This document shows, in pieces, positions 53,785-64,000 of a stretch of DNA of 64,000 bases. A program made the translations under genes and the position numbers. A model generated the notes under the pieces. It ran no database searches. It was given only the letters and a program-made list of their open reading frames with translations, and was not told where the DNA came from. Positions within the stretch are counted from its first letter, which is position 1. The number at the start of each line of letters is the position of its first letter. This stretch comes from an uncultured Candidatus Izemoplasmatales bacterium (GTDB lineage Bacteria; Bacillota_I; Bacilli_A; MAG-NZ), in NCBI GenBank assembly GCA_964589075.1, contig CAZPQU010000004.1, positions 59,090 through 123,089 of the forward strand, read 5' to 3'.

Positions 53785-55496
53785 GAAAATCATTTCTAAG
53801 TAAACTTCTTACAGGGATACTTCTTATTCTTTTTTTCACATTCGTGATTCAAGCATTCCTACAACAGAGAGTTTTACCAACATATTTTCAAAACCAGGTA
53901 ATGGGAGACATTGAAACAGAAATTACTAACTTACCAAGAAGTATGACTTTGGCAGACTCAGCCGATATATTAGAGGAATTCACCCTCTCAACACACACTT
54001 CATCAACGCTTGTTAATCTAAGTGACTATCAAGAAGGACTTAAAGAAGTTCCTTATATAAATATAGAAAACAGAAATGGTACAGTGTTTAAAATTCATGT
54101 GCCAAGAATACCAAAAGTTCTACAAGGAAATAACTTAACCGTTAGCGGTGAGTTTTATAAATCAATTAATAATGAATTTTATGTTCCAATCAATCTGCTA
54201 GTTAATGGGAGACTCGTATATGGTTCTCAAACTAGAATGGGAATGAACACAGAATACTCAACTGACATTGTAAATACTGACAAAGTAATAGAATTATCAG
54301 GGACTTTCCTTAATTCATCTGTTACCACAATCGCAACTACTGAAGATTTCTTATTAAATAGAGAACTCTTAAATATTACGACAGGAAATACTACTGAATT
54401 CTTAAGAACTGAAAAAGGAGTTAGATATATATCTGAAGATATAGAGGGTAATAAACTAAACCTTGTTTATATAACACCTGTTAGGATTGCTGGTGTTGAG
54501 AAAATACTACTAACAATTTATCCCTTAAGTAACATCGCTTATATAGCTACTCAGTTAAATAGTTTTAACCTTGTTGTATTTGGACTGGCTTTCATCTTTA
54601 TCATCATAACTTTTGGTGTATTTACTCAAAGAATAAGCATTCCTTTAAAAAGAATAATTGAAGCAACAAGAAAATTCTCAAACTTTGAGTTTTCTCAAAT
54701 ACCTGAAGTGAGATCCAATGATGAAATAGGTCATCTATCAAGGAACATAAACATATTGAGCACAAACCTACAATCTACCTTATCTGACTTAAGAGATAAA
54801 AACCAAGCACTTTCTACTTCATTGGAGTTAGAATCAGTGAGAGAAAAAACTAGAAAGGATTTTGTAGAAGGAATATCACACGAACTTAAAACACCTCTAG
54901 CTGTGATTCAAGCTACTAATGAAGCTCTATCGCTTGGGTTGTTTTCTGAAGATGAGGTTCTTGAGCATCATGATATAGTTAAAAGAGAAATCACAAAGAC
55001 TAACAAGATCATTGGGGACATGATGAGTGTATACCGAATAGATCAAGCTGACTATATGATTAACTGGAAAGATAATTTGCTAGAAACTATTATTTATGAC
55101 TCGATGGATAGTCACAGAATACTTGCAGATGCAAAAAAAATAAGAATCAAAACGAACATAACTACCTCAACTGTAAATGTGGATTACGATAAAATACTAC
55201 TCGTAATAAGTAATCTATTAGGTAATGCGATAAAATACTCAAATGAGAACTCAACAATTGAGATCAATTCATCAAATGGGAGTTTTGAAATAACTAATGA
55301 AGGTTCAATCGCAACTGAGGAGTTGGAGGCAGTATTCGAACCATTTTATAGAGTTGATAAAGCAAGAGCTAGACAAGACGGTTCTACTGGACTTGGCTTA
55401 TACATCGTTAAACAAATATTAATGCAACATAAAGCTGAGTATGGTGCAAAATCAAATAATAATAAAGTGACATTTTACTTTAAATTAAAAAGATGA
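53781..55496 (+). CDS. sensor histidine kinase
   Basis: 2 TM helices, a HAMP domain, H-box SHELKTPL and a HATPase domain (NAIKYS, GLGLYIV). ATGA overlap with the regulator gene. Confidence 0.85.
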   Translation: MRKSFLSKLLTGILLILFFTFVIQAFLQQRVLPTYFQNQVMGDIETEITNLPRSMTLADSADILEEFTLSTHTSSTLVNLSDYQEGLKEVPYINIENRNGTVFKIHVPRIPKVLQGNNLTVSGEFYKSINNEFYVPINLLVNGRLVYGSQTRMGMNTEYSTDIVNTDKVIELSGTFLNSSVTTIATTEDFLLNRELLNITTGNTTEFLRTEKGVRYISEDIEGNKLNLVYITPVRIAGVEKILLTIYPLSNIAYIATQLNSFNLVVFGLAFIFIIITFGVFTQRISIPLKRIIEATRKFSNFEFSQIPEVRSNDEIGHLSRNINILSTNLQSTLSDLRDKNQALSTSLELESVREKTRKDFVEGISHELKTPLAVIQATNEALSLGLFSEDEVLEHHDIVKREITKTNKIIGDMMSVYRIDQADYMINWKDNLLETIIYDSMDSHRILADAKKIRIKTNITTSTVNVDYDKILLVISNLLGNAIKYSNENSTIEINSSNGSFEITNEGSIATEELEAVFEPFYRVDKARARQDGSTGLGLYIVKQILMQHKAEYGAKSNNNKVTFYFKLKR

Positions 55497-55509
55497 TTCG
55501 ATTTTAGAA

Positions 55510-55737
55510 TCATCTTTTCATATTATCTACCAAAACCTTGAGAATATAATCATATCCACCTTTTGCATGGGGGATATTACAGTTCGAACAGTCTTTTATT
55601 CCGTCATCCGTATAGTTACCCTTACAATCGTAGTTGTAAATGGGACAGTAACAGAATAAACAGTTGAAAAACTCTCCCTTAATATCGTGGCAAGGAAAGT
55701 ATTCGCACTTATCATTTTTAAAGTATTTATAACTCAT
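55510..55737 (-). CDS. cysteine-rich small-domain protein
   Basis: GGAGG RBS before the Met at 55737. CEYFPCH...CLFCYCPIY...C...C. Confidence 0.55.
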   Translation of the reverse strand: MSYKYFKNDKCEYFPCHDIKGEFFNCLFCYCPIYNYDCKGNYTDDGIKDCSNCNIPHAKGGYDYILKVLVDNMKR

Positions 55738-55838
55738 AATTACCTCCAATTTCATCCATATTATAACTTATTTTTAAGTCAGTTTCAAGAATTTACAAAT
55801 GCATAATAGTGTGGTAACATATGATACGAGGTGTGAAT

Positions 55839-56492
55839 ATGAGCATGATTTTTAAGTGTCGTTTATTTAAGGACTTTACCCTTCAAGAAATAAACAACTT
55901 TTTTAGAAAATATCAGACATTAACAAGAACATACCAAAAGGACGATATCCTCTTTCACAAGGGAGATGACTGTACTACTGTTGGTATTGTAGTATCGGGT
56001 TCGATTGACGTTCAAGAAATCGCTACTGATGGATCTTGTTATCTTTTAAGTAAACTTATAGCGGGACATTTGTTTGGAGAAGTGTTACTTTATTCTAAAC
56101 AACATTCTTATCCGGCTACTTTTGTTGCATCAAGTGAAGTTGAAGTTTTATATATCGATAAGCATGAATTAATTAGAGCACTAGGTGCTCATAAAAAGTT
56201 ATTAGTTAACTTCCTACAACTGATGGCTAATAGAGCACTAGATTTAAATAATAGGCTTAAGGTTTTAACAAAACCATCACTTAGATCTAAGATAGCATCT
56301 TACATCTTATCTTCTTCTAACAACGAGGATAAAGTAGCTATTGGAATGACTAAGGAGAAATTGGCTGAATACTTAAGTGTTCAAAGACCTTCTCTATCAA
56401 GAGAGCTAATCTCAATGAAAGATGATGGATTAATACATTGTGACAGAAAGTTCTTCTATATTATAAACAGAGACGAACTGGAGAAATTGTAA
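55839..56492 (+). CDS. Crp/Fnr-family transcriptional regulator
   Basis: cNMP-binding-like barrel (LFGEVLLY) and a C-terminal HTH (MTKEKLAEYLSVQRPSLSRELISM). Confidence 0.75.
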   Translation: MSMIFKCRLFKDFTLQEINNFFRKYQTLTRTYQKDDILFHKGDDCTTVGIVVSGSIDVQEIATDGSCYLLSKLIAGHLFGEVLLYSKQHSYPATFVASSEVEVLYIDKHELIRALGAHKKLLVNFLQLMANRALDLNNRLKVLTKPSLRSKIASYILSSSNNEDKVAIGMTKEKLAEYLSVQRPSLSRELISMKDDGLIHCDRKFFYIINRDELEKL

Positions 56493-56529
56493 CGACCATT
56501 TTCTCATAGAATTTTATAATTATTATAAA

Positions 56530-56553
56530 AGAGGGCCAAAATCCTCTTTTTTT
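56530..56553 (+). terminator. intrinsic terminator
   Basis: agagg-N8-cctct followed by a T-run. Confidence 0.5.
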
Positions 56554-56776
56554 GTACACATCATCCGTAATTAAACACTTTGATACTCAAAATAACTATT
56601 CTATTCCTTGTAATCTATACCTAACAGGAATATAATTAATTAAATAAATATTGGTAAACTCTAGGAAATTAGAGGACACAAAACTATAGGGACCTAGCCG
56701 AAAGGTGGTCAGCCAGTTGCATCTACATGTTGCCATTATTTTTTTGGTACTTTTTTTATTGAAAGTGGGGAAAAAT

Positions 56777-59700
56777 ATGAAAAAATTATTAGCAGTAATT
56801 ATAGTAGGAATACTACTAGCAATTATGCCTGTTAGTTCAATAGCATCTAGTGGGTTATTTTATCAATTCAAAGAAATAGAGGTGAATCAGGATCTCGGCT
56901 TTGTAACGATAAGACTTAACAATGTTCAAGCCAGCTTTTCTGAAGGAATTGAATATGAATTTATGCAAGTTTTAGATTGGCAGTTTAACGATGAAAACAG
57001 TGGAGTTCAAATCGTTCAAAGAACTGAAACAATCTATCATACTGAATGGCATCCGCTAGGAGATGAATTATCTATCTATGCCTGGCTAAGAGATACCGAA
57101 GCCTGGTCAAATTTCCAAGCACTGATTCCAGGTCAGGAACATCAAATAAATATAATCGTAAATGAGTACAGTGGGGTAACTCTAGTTAACAGTGGGGTTC
57201 AACCAGTTGTAACTTTGCCTGATCAAGACTTAGGAACACTTACTGAGAACGTTACATTTGGTGAACCTGAAATATCAGGAACAATAGAATATAACTATTA
57301 CTCTGACTCATCTGGTAATGTATTTGTTAAAGTATTATCAAATTCAGTGTATGACGTAAGTTATGTTCTAAATACAAATAGAGGCGATTCTCCTCAAATA
57401 GAATTAGTAGGGGATGATTACATTGAATTGTATGTTGGTGAAACATACACCGATTCTGGGGTTACAATTACCCATTACGGTAACAATGTTGCCTCAGGAC
57501 TTGTTAGAGAAGTTGAAGTTGACATTTATGACTGGAGTATCAACTCAGGTGTTGATGAAATAGACACCTCTAAACAAGGATATTATCAAATAGTTTATGA
57601 ACTAGTAGATGATTTTGGTTCAAAATCTAGAGAATATAGAACAGTTAATGTCTATCACAATCCAACTGAACCCGTAATTGAGGGTGAACTTAATGATTCA
57701 GGAATGGACATTATAGTAACAGGCGCAGATATAACTAGTGGATTCTTAAATATCCACTATGACATAACCGGAACTATATCGAATACAAATAAATCTAAAA
57801 TACAATTTAATTTCAGTATTGAAGGTAACGATACATGGCCCTGGATAAATGCTGAGAATGACGTAATTAATAGTTCAGGTGTAGTTTCATTTAATCTAGA
57901 CAATATAATACTAGATCCAAACGTACCAGCAATCAGTACTGTTTCATCTGGACTAATTGGTGCTTATATCTGGGAATATGATGCAACGTGGCAACATAAG
58001 GGAAGTTTATCCATTAATGAGTTCACAATACCAGTGGTAGAGACTTCTTATTCTGTTGGTGCATTAACATATACTTTAATGAATGATGAATTTGGAGCAC
58101 TAGCAATTAAAGTTGAAAATAGTGCTAACAATCCATCAGCTAAATACATTTGGGATTTACAACATTATTCAAATGGAAGTTTAGCTGATAACTTCTTAGA
58201 CGTAACAGTTGAGAAAGTTACAGTGAACAGAGACTTAGGTACTATCGACATAGAGTACTCACAAACAAATGACATTACCGAGTCTGGAAGTATGGAAATG
58301 AACCTTTATACTCATTTCCAAGCTAATGGTAAATCAAGTGATCAAAACGAATGGTTATACATAGCTGACCGCGGAGATTTCCAAACTTCGGGAGTATTCA
58401 GTTTACCACTTAAAAATGCAGTCCAATCTCAAAACATGAGCAGTGTATTTAACACTGTGACAGATTGGGACAGTGAACAAATACCAAATGGTGGTCCAAT
58501 AGGATTCAACCTTAGTAATTACAACAATACAGATTATTACTGGGAAAATTTGGGTTACTACAGCATTAATGCACTTCTTTATTCAAGTGACGTTTACTTG
58601 TTAGATTCTGGAGTGACAACAGTCGCAAGTGGCTTAACTGATTTCCAGTACCAAGTAGGGTCACTTACTTATACACTTGATATTGATTCAAATGGTATAT
58701 TAAACCTATTTGTTGAAAACAGCAATTACGTAGCTGATGATAAATTTGACCATTCAATTAGAAACGATTTCGATTGGTTAGATTTCGATACATTTGAATT
58801 TACAGCTATTAGAATAGTTGAAGACACATTAGAAATTGACTACTTATTTAATATAGATGAATCAATCGACTTAGATGAAGGAAGTTACAACTTAAATGTT
58901 TATACAGAACAGGAAGAGTGTTTTGACAATGAATGTATGCACATATCACTTTGGGGTTACAACTACCTAGGTGAAGTGTCAACAACATCAGGACTTAATG
59001 CTACTTCTGGAACATTGGTAATGAGAATGTCTGAATCAAATCTAACATCTTGGTACCAATACAATCTTGAAGCAATTAAAGACAGATTAGCTACTGATAT
59101 TAAAGTTGATTTAAGTTACTGGAACTCTGAAACATCAGATTATGGTTATGCTTCATTCAAACCAGAAATCAAATCAGGTATTTTAGATATTTCTGTTAAT
59201 TACGAATTAAAACCATACGAAACTGATGACAGAGTAGTTACATTTACGTGGAGTAAAGACGCAGAGGGATTACTTGAATTATCTTGGGTCAATGGATTCT
59301 ATGATTCAGAAGCTACACTATATGTTCCAACACCTGAAGAAGTTAACATAGTTAGCGTTAAACTAACTGAGAAAACAGTAGATAAAAGAGATCCAAGTAA
59401 AACAGAATCTGAAATAGATGAAGTCTTCACATACTACACAATATTAGTAGAACTTGAAGAAAGACTCTCAGGTGGTTTAAAACTAAACACTGATCCTGAT
59501 GATTATGAATCATGGGTTGGTTACGCTGAAGGTAAATACGGAGAGGTAAATTATTATCAATTATTCTATGGGGATGAACCTATAGTAGATCAGTTCTTAT
59601 ACTTAGAGCATTGGGGTAATGATGGAGTTAGGGAATATATCCCACTTATGTACTCTGGAGCAGATGTAGTATTCAAAAACAATGCTTATCAGGAGTTCAG

Positions 59701-60529
59701 TCCTATGATGCCAATGAAGGAACAGTTAATAAAAATATACGGGGATGAAAATGGATTCCTAAGAATCACAGCTGAGGAAATAGTATCTAAGGCATCAGTT
59801 ATCACAAGCTCTGGATCATTTGACATTAATCTTACTTGGCAAAGACTTGGAGACTTCGGTAACTTCACAATGGCTGACGATACTGGATCAGGAACAGAAA
59901 CAATGTACATGTATGGTAATTTCGGTACAATCATCGAAATAAGTGATGATGCTGGTGAAACTTGGGAAGTTATTGATGAGTTCAATTTCTACGATGCTGA
60001 GTTTTCTGATTCAGGATTAAGAGAAGCTTACATCCAAGAATATATGCAGTCAACGTACAAAATAACTGACGAAAATACTTCTGGAATATCTATACTACCT
60101 AACTCAAGTTATATTGTTAGAGTAAGAGTTAGTTCAGATTACAGAAATGATTCAACAGATGACAGATTAGCAAATGATGACCCTGATTCAATTAATTTCT
60201 CAGGAATCATGGAAGTTATTCTAGTAACATACGAAGAAATAGTATTACTTGAAACAGTTACCACAGGAGCATTCTTAACCGACATTGTAGTAGTTGATAC
60301 AGTTACGGAGGTTATTATAAAAGCAGATGGAACAGTAGCAATCGTTACTAAGACTGCTGAAGTAGAAATTTCAACTGAAGAGATACCATCTCAAGAAGAG
60401 GAAATGGATAACTCAACAGTTAACCAGGCAGATGAACAAAATAGTTCAATGAGTAATAGTGCCTTAACAGGTGCAACATCTGAAGAAGACAGCGCAAGCA
60501 ACGATGAAGTTACAATACCAGGTCAGTAG
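56777..60529 (+). CDS. very large secreted surface protein
   Basis: Start chosen at MKKLLAVIIVGILLA, which carries the signal peptide. 1250 aa. Acidic Ser/Glu-rich C-terminus. Confidence 0.6.
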   Translation: MKKLLAVIIVGILLAIMPVSSIASSGLFYQFKEIEVNQDLGFVTIRLNNVQASFSEGIEYEFMQVLDWQFNDENSGVQIVQRTETIYHTEWHPLGDELSIYAWLRDTEAWSNFQALIPGQEHQINIIVNEYSGVTLVNSGVQPVVTLPDQDLGTLTENVTFGEPEISGTIEYNYYSDSSGNVFVKVLSNSVYDVSYVLNTNRGDSPQIELVGDDYIELYVGETYTDSGVTITHYGNNVASGLVREVEVDIYDWSINSGVDEIDTSKQGYYQIVYELVDDFGSKSREYRTVNVYHNPTEPVIEGELNDSGMDIIVTGADITSGFLNIHYDITGTISNTNKSKIQFNFSIEGNDTWPWINAENDVINSSGVVSFNLDNIILDPNVPAISTVSSGLIGAYIWEYDATWQHKGSLSINEFTIPVVETSYSVGALTYTLMNDEFGALAIKVENSANNPSAKYIWDLQHYSNGSLADNFLDVTVEKVTVNRDLGTIDIEYSQTNDITESGSMEMNLYTHFQANGKSSDQNEWLYIADRGDFQTSGVFSLPLKNAVQSQNMSSVFNTVTDWDSEQIPNGGPIGFNLSNYNNTDYYWENLGYYSINALLYSSDVYLLDSGVTTVASGLTDFQYQVGSLTYTLDIDSNGILNLFVENSNYVADDKFDHSIRNDFDWLDFDTFEFTAIRIVEDTLEIDYLFNIDESIDLDEGSYNLNVYTEQEECFDNECMHISLWGYNYLGEVSTTSGLNATSGTLVMRMSESNLTSWYQYNLEAIKDRLATDIKVDLSYWNSETSDYGYASFKPEIKSGILDISVNYELKPYETDDRVVTFTWSKDAEGLLELSWVNGFYDSEATLYVPTPEEVNIVSVKLTEKTVDKRDPSKTESEIDEVFTYYTILVELEERLSGGLKLNTDPDDYESWVGYAEGKYGEVNYYQLFYGDEPIVDQFLYLEHWGNDGVREYIPLMYSGADVVFKNNAYQEFSPMMPMKEQLIKIYGDENGFLRITAEEIVSKASVITSSGSFDINLTWQRLGDFGNFTMADDTGSGTETMYMYGNFGTIIEISDDAGETWEVIDEFNFYDAEFSDSGLREAYIQEYMQSTYKITDENTSGISILPNSSYIVRVRVSSDYRNDSTDDRLANDDPDSINFSGIMEVILVTYEEIVLLETVTTGAFLTDIVVVDTVTEVIIKADGTVAIVTKTAEVEISTEEIPSQEEEMDNSTVNQADEQNSSMSNSALTGATSEEDSASNDEVTIPGQ

Positions 60530-60538
60530 GGGGACAAT

Positions 60539-62215
60539 ATGAAAAAATTATTAATAATTATCATGCTTCTACTTCTTCCAGTAAATGCTTATGCATTTGG
60601 GGAAGAGGGACCATCAGGTGGTGTTGAAGTAATAAATAATACAAATGAACAAACAGTTTACGACGCAAATAGTACAATTAATACGGCGATTAACGAGCAA
60701 GGCGTGATAATTCTCGGAACCGAGGATGGAAAAATACATGCATTCTTGGTTTCAAACCCTTCATATTTTATAGCTCCAATATCTATTGGAGAAAACGTTA
60801 CATTAGTAGCAATCAGTTCTAATGACTTAGTTGTTACTACAGCTTCAGGACAACAAACCATCGCCGGGTTTGTACCTGATGTAGTAATGGAATTAATAAA
60901 CAGAACTGAACCTGTTGCACCACCACAGAGTTCAGGGTCAAGTTCAGGATCTAGTTCTTCTAGTTCGAGTTCAAGTGCACCGGTACCCGCACCACTTCCT
61001 GATCCACCGATTATGGAATTAAATGGTGAGGCCGAGTTAACTATCAGTTATGCTGATATCTATATTGACTTAGGTGCAATAGCATATGAAACTGAATTAG
61101 CTAATGATGTTTCTGATAATATCGAGGTTACTTCGAACTTAGTTCAAGATATCCTTGGAACTTACCAGATAGATTACACTGTTTCAAATACAGGTGGTGA
61201 GACATCACTTACTAGAACGATACAAGTAATAGATGATATATCACCAGTAGTTTCATTAGTTGGAAACAGTAGTATTATAATCACTGAAGATGAACTTTAT
61301 ATAGAACAAGGTATTACTAGCACAGATTTTTCAACTACAACTACACAAGTAACAGGTGAAGTTAAATCTATACCTGGTACTTATGTATTAACTTATGCAG
61401 TAACTGATTTATTTGGTAATTCTGCATCTGTAACTAGAACAGTGGAAGTTTTAGAGTACTTTTCCCAAACAATTGAAGTAGATATTAGTAATGGTTTCGC
61501 TGAGACTGACATTACACTAAGATCAGTTCTATTAACAGATGATTCAATTACATATTACTCAGTTGGAAATGAAACAATTTTTGGTAGTAACGATTCAAGA
61601 TGGATTCCACTTCCAAATAACCTTTCAATTGACGTTAGAAACGAAGGACTATATTTACATGTAATGGTTATGACTAGTGATGGTGAGTTTGATGTGTTTA
61701 CATCAAATGAACTTCCCTATGACAACTCATTACCGATTGATGAGTCTAAGATAATTGTATTAGTGAATGAAGAGGAAGCCAATATTGAAACAATTATCAG
61801 TGAAAATGAAATTCTCAGTAAAGAATTAGTAAAAATACAACAAAACGACGAATCAACAATGATAATATTCGACCTTCGAGATAATAGTGAATACTCAGAA
61901 ATGGTAGTTAACTACAGAATTAAACCTGAAACTTCAGTTATAGTCTCTGCAAATGCTGCCGAAGGTTGGACAACACTTATAATTAAGTCTAATACGGTTG
62001 AAGTATTAGAAATAGCGAATACAATTGAACTTGAATTCATTATAGAGTTATTAAAACTTGATTCAGAAGAACCAGTAATCACTGAATTTAGTATCATTAA
62101 TACTGATGGTGAGCTTGAGTTTAATTTAGAAGTAGAAACTACTTCTTACCTTAAATTCTTAATCTTAACAATCCCTGTTGTTTTAGGATTATTGTATATA
62201 AAAGTCAAAAAATAA
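60539..62215 (+). CDS. surface protein with a Ser-rich linker, Ig-like (DUF5011-type) domains and a C-terminal TM anchor
   Basis: Signal peptide. SSGSSSGSSSSSSSSS linker. Two ELNGEAELTI...TYQIDYTV...TRTIQVID-type domains. C-terminal TM helix. Confidence 0.6.
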   Translation: MKKLLIIIMLLLLPVNAYAFGEEGPSGGVEVINNTNEQTVYDANSTINTAINEQGVIILGTEDGKIHAFLVSNPSYFIAPISIGENVTLVAISSNDLVVTTASGQQTIAGFVPDVVMELINRTEPVAPPQSSGSSSGSSSSSSSSSAPVPAPLPDPPIMELNGEAELTISYADIYIDLGAIAYETELANDVSDNIEVTSNLVQDILGTYQIDYTVSNTGGETSLTRTIQVIDDISPVVSLVGNSSIIITEDELYIEQGITSTDFSTTTTQVTGEVKSIPGTYVLTYAVTDLFGNSASVTRTVEVLEYFSQTIEVDISNGFAETDITLRSVLLTDDSITYYSVGNETIFGSNDSRWIPLPNNLSIDVRNEGLYLHVMVMTSDGEFDVFTSNELPYDNSLPIDESKIIVLVNEEEANIETIISENEILSKELVKIQQNDESTMIIFDLRDNSEYSEMVVNYRIKPETSVIVSANAAEGWTTLIIKSNTVEVLEIANTIELEFIIELLKLDSEEPVITEFSIINTDGELEFNLEVETTSYLKFLILTIPVVLGLLYIKVKK

Positions 62216-62220
62216 AATTA

Positions 62221-62247
62221 GCCCATGCTTAGTATGGGCTTTTTTTT
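62221..62247 (+). terminator. intrinsic terminator
   Basis: gcccat-N7-atgggc followed by 8 T. Confidence 0.6.
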
Positions 62248-62315
62248 ATTTCAAGTAATTATTAGGTAGACAAATATAGTAAAAACTATTACAATTAATC
62301 TTGAGGAGTGAGACT

Positions 62316-62663
62316 ATGTTTGGAAAAAATATTGAATCAGTAACTGTACAAGAGTTAAAAATACTAAACAAAAAGAAGCCACTTATTATTGATGTTAGAG
62401 AAGAATCAGAGTTTGAAGCATCATACATACCTAATTCTATTAATGTTCCTTTAAAGACTTTACTAAAGTCTCCTGATGAATATATCACTGGGACAGCATA
62501 TATAGTATGTGCAACTGGATCTAGATCAAAGAAAGCTGTTAAAAAACTTTCAAAGAACTTTGATGTAGTTAACGTATTAGGTGGAGCTAAGAATTATGGA
62601 CAAAAATTTGCTTTAGTTAGAAACATGAAAATTATAAAAGAAAAAAAGAAGACTAAGAAATAG
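62316..62663 (+). CDS. rhodanese-domain sulfurtransferase
   Basis: IIDVREESEFEASYIPNSINVP and the active-site loop CATGSRS. Confidence 0.75.
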   Translation: MFGKNIESVTVQELKILNKKKPLIIDVREESEFEASYIPNSINVPLKTLLKSPDEYITGTAYIVCATGSRSKKAVKKLSKNFDVVNVLGGAKNYGQKFALVRNMKIIKEKKKTKK

Positions 62664-62671
62664 TCTTCTTT

Positions 62672-63835
62672 CTATATACTATACCCAGCTACATAGCCAG
62701 TAGATAATGCAATTGTATGGTTGTATCCACCAGTAATTCCACTGATATCTAACACTTCTCCAACAAGATACAGATTATACATGATTTTCGATTCCATTGT
62801 TTTTGAATCTACATCATATAAACTTACTCCGCCACCGGTTATAAAGGCATTCTCATACCCTTTAAGTGAAGCTACATTTATTTCAAAATTCTTTAAAGCC
62901 TCAAAGAAAGCATTAAAGTTCTTCTTGCTTACTTCAGTAACATTCTTATTAAGTCCATATTTATCAAGTAAATACTCTACCATTCTTTTTGGAATGAAAG
63001 TGAATAGTGCTTTCTTCCCTCCTGATAAGAATAGGTTTCTTAAGTTCTCTATTTTTTCATCCGGAATTAAATCTAGTGAAACAATTGAATTTTTACTTAA
63101 TCCGAAATGAACTTCTTTTGATATATTAAGTACAATTGGTCCACTTATCCCAAAGTGAGTGAAAATCATCCCACCTCTAAAACTCTTCTTGTTGTATTTT
63201 ATTAAACAATCACTTAAAGTAATTCCTTGAAGCACTTTACTCTGTATAAAGTCATCATTTGAGACAATTGGAGTATTCATTGGATATGTCTTAACTATTT
63301 GGTGCCCAAGAGACTTAGCAAACTCATAACCGTCTCCAGTTGACCCTAGCTTCGGATAACTTTTACCACCCGTGGCTATCACAACTACTTTGGCTATGTA
63401 CACTTCTTTATTACTAGTGACTTTGAATCCAAAACCTTCTCTTTCTACTTTCAAAACTGTCTCAGTTTTGATTTCAACACCTTTTAACTCTTTTAATAAA
63501 CAATCAAGGATATCTGATGCCTTTCCACTTTTGGGAAACATTCTATTATTATCCTCTTCAACAAGCTCAACTCCCCTGCTGTTAAAGAAATCAACTATAT
63601 CATAAGCATTAAAAATCCCTAATGGCTTATACATGAATCTATCAGAAATCCCTGCCATTAACTCATTATTTGGTTTGAGATTTGTAATATTACATCTTCC
63701 TCCACCTGAGATAAGTAACTTCTTACCTAATATTTTATTTGTATCAATCAAAACTACTTTTTTATTATTTCTATTGGACTTAATCGCCGCCATCATACCA
63801 GCAGGACCTCCACCAATTACTAGTACATCTACCAT
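62672..63835 (-). CDS. HI0933/YhiN-family NAD(FAD)-dependent flavoprotein
   Basis: VIGGGPAGMMAA dinucleotide fold, GGGRCNITN motif, C-terminal GGYN. GAGGTG RBS before the Met at 63835. Confidence 0.8.
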   Translation of the reverse strand: MVDVLVIGGGPAGMMAAIKSNRNNKKVVLIDTNKILGKKLLISGGGRCNITNLKPNNELMAGISDRFMYKPLGIFNAYDIVDFFNSRGVELVEEDNNRMFPKSGKASDILDCLLKELKGVEIKTETVLKVEREGFGFKVTSNKEVYIAKVVVIATGGKSYPKLGSTGDGYEFAKSLGHQIVKTYPMNTPIVSNDDFIQSKVLQGITLSDCLIKYNKKSFRGGMIFTHFGISGPIVLNISKEVHFGLSKNSIVSLDLIPDEKIENLRNLFLSGGKKALFTFIPKRMVEYLLDKYGLNKNVTEVSKKNFNAFFEALKNFEINVASLKGYENAFITGGGVSLYDVDSKTMESKIMYNLYLVGEVLDISGITGGYNHTIALSTGYVAGYSI

Positions 63836-64000
63836 AGTAATCACCTCAAGTAATTATAACAACTATCTCACTAAAAGAAAGATTTAATCCAATTTATAAT
63901 TTTTTTGAAGAATGTCTCCTCAACGAGATGCTCATTAATATCATAAAGGTATTCAAGTTCGTTTTCTAAGCAGATACTTTCTAGTTCTTCATTTTCTTCA

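Noticed and set aside
1-64000. Alternative genetic code (TGA read as Trp, as in Mycoplasma and Spiroplasma), considered because of the AT-richness and the abundance of lipoproteins.
   Set aside because: Well-supported genes end in TGA, for example the response regulator at 53782-53784 and the histidine kinase at 55494-55496. Long ORFs are also intact under the standard code.

Overview
AT-rich (about 30% GC) bacterial chromosome segment. It uses the standard genetic code: TGA is a stop, for example at the response-regulator/kinase ATGA junction at 53781-53784. The gene content looks like a low-GC Firmicutes or Mollicutes-related organism, but no organism can be named from this window.

Three zones:

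(1) 1-10.6 kb. Membrane proteins and lipoproteins, an XRE regulator, a tandem pair of CDGSH iron-sulfur genes (one fused to a glutamate-synthase FMN domain), a P-loop kinase and a NUDIX hydrolase.

(2) 10,667-51,256. A roughly 40.6-kb island at the 3' end of tRNA-Leu(UAG) (51233-51315, minus strand), bounded by a perfect 28-nt direct repeat of the tRNA 3' end.
- The tRNA-distal half (10.7-30 kb) is the most unusual part. Eight same-orientation, near-identical 91-nt repeats, each insulated by hairpin terminators, split it into self-contained cassettes.
- Cassette cargo: an S1 protease plus lipoprotein; a lone membrane protein; a radical-SAM/SPASM RiPP cluster with two ABC exporters; a receiver-domain plus H-box protein pair; a tiny protein; a Shedu-like nuclease; a ubiquitin-like/E1-like/Cys-rich three-gene operon; and a HEPN-like protein.
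- The tRNA-proximal half (30-51 kb) is a prophage-like integrative element. It has a tyrosine integrase, an XRE-type switch with palindromic operators, a DNA methyltransferase and many small Cys-rich proteins.
- Its late module consists only of membrane or surface-anchored repeat proteins plus a membrane P-loop protein. I could not recognise a terminase, portal, capsid, tail or lysin.

(3) 51.3-64 kb. Core-like genes: a SAM methyltransferase, an OmpR/histidine-kinase pair, a Crp/Fnr regulator, two very large surface proteins, a rhodanese and an HI0933-type flavoprotein.

All functional calls rest on motifs read by eye. No database search was possible.
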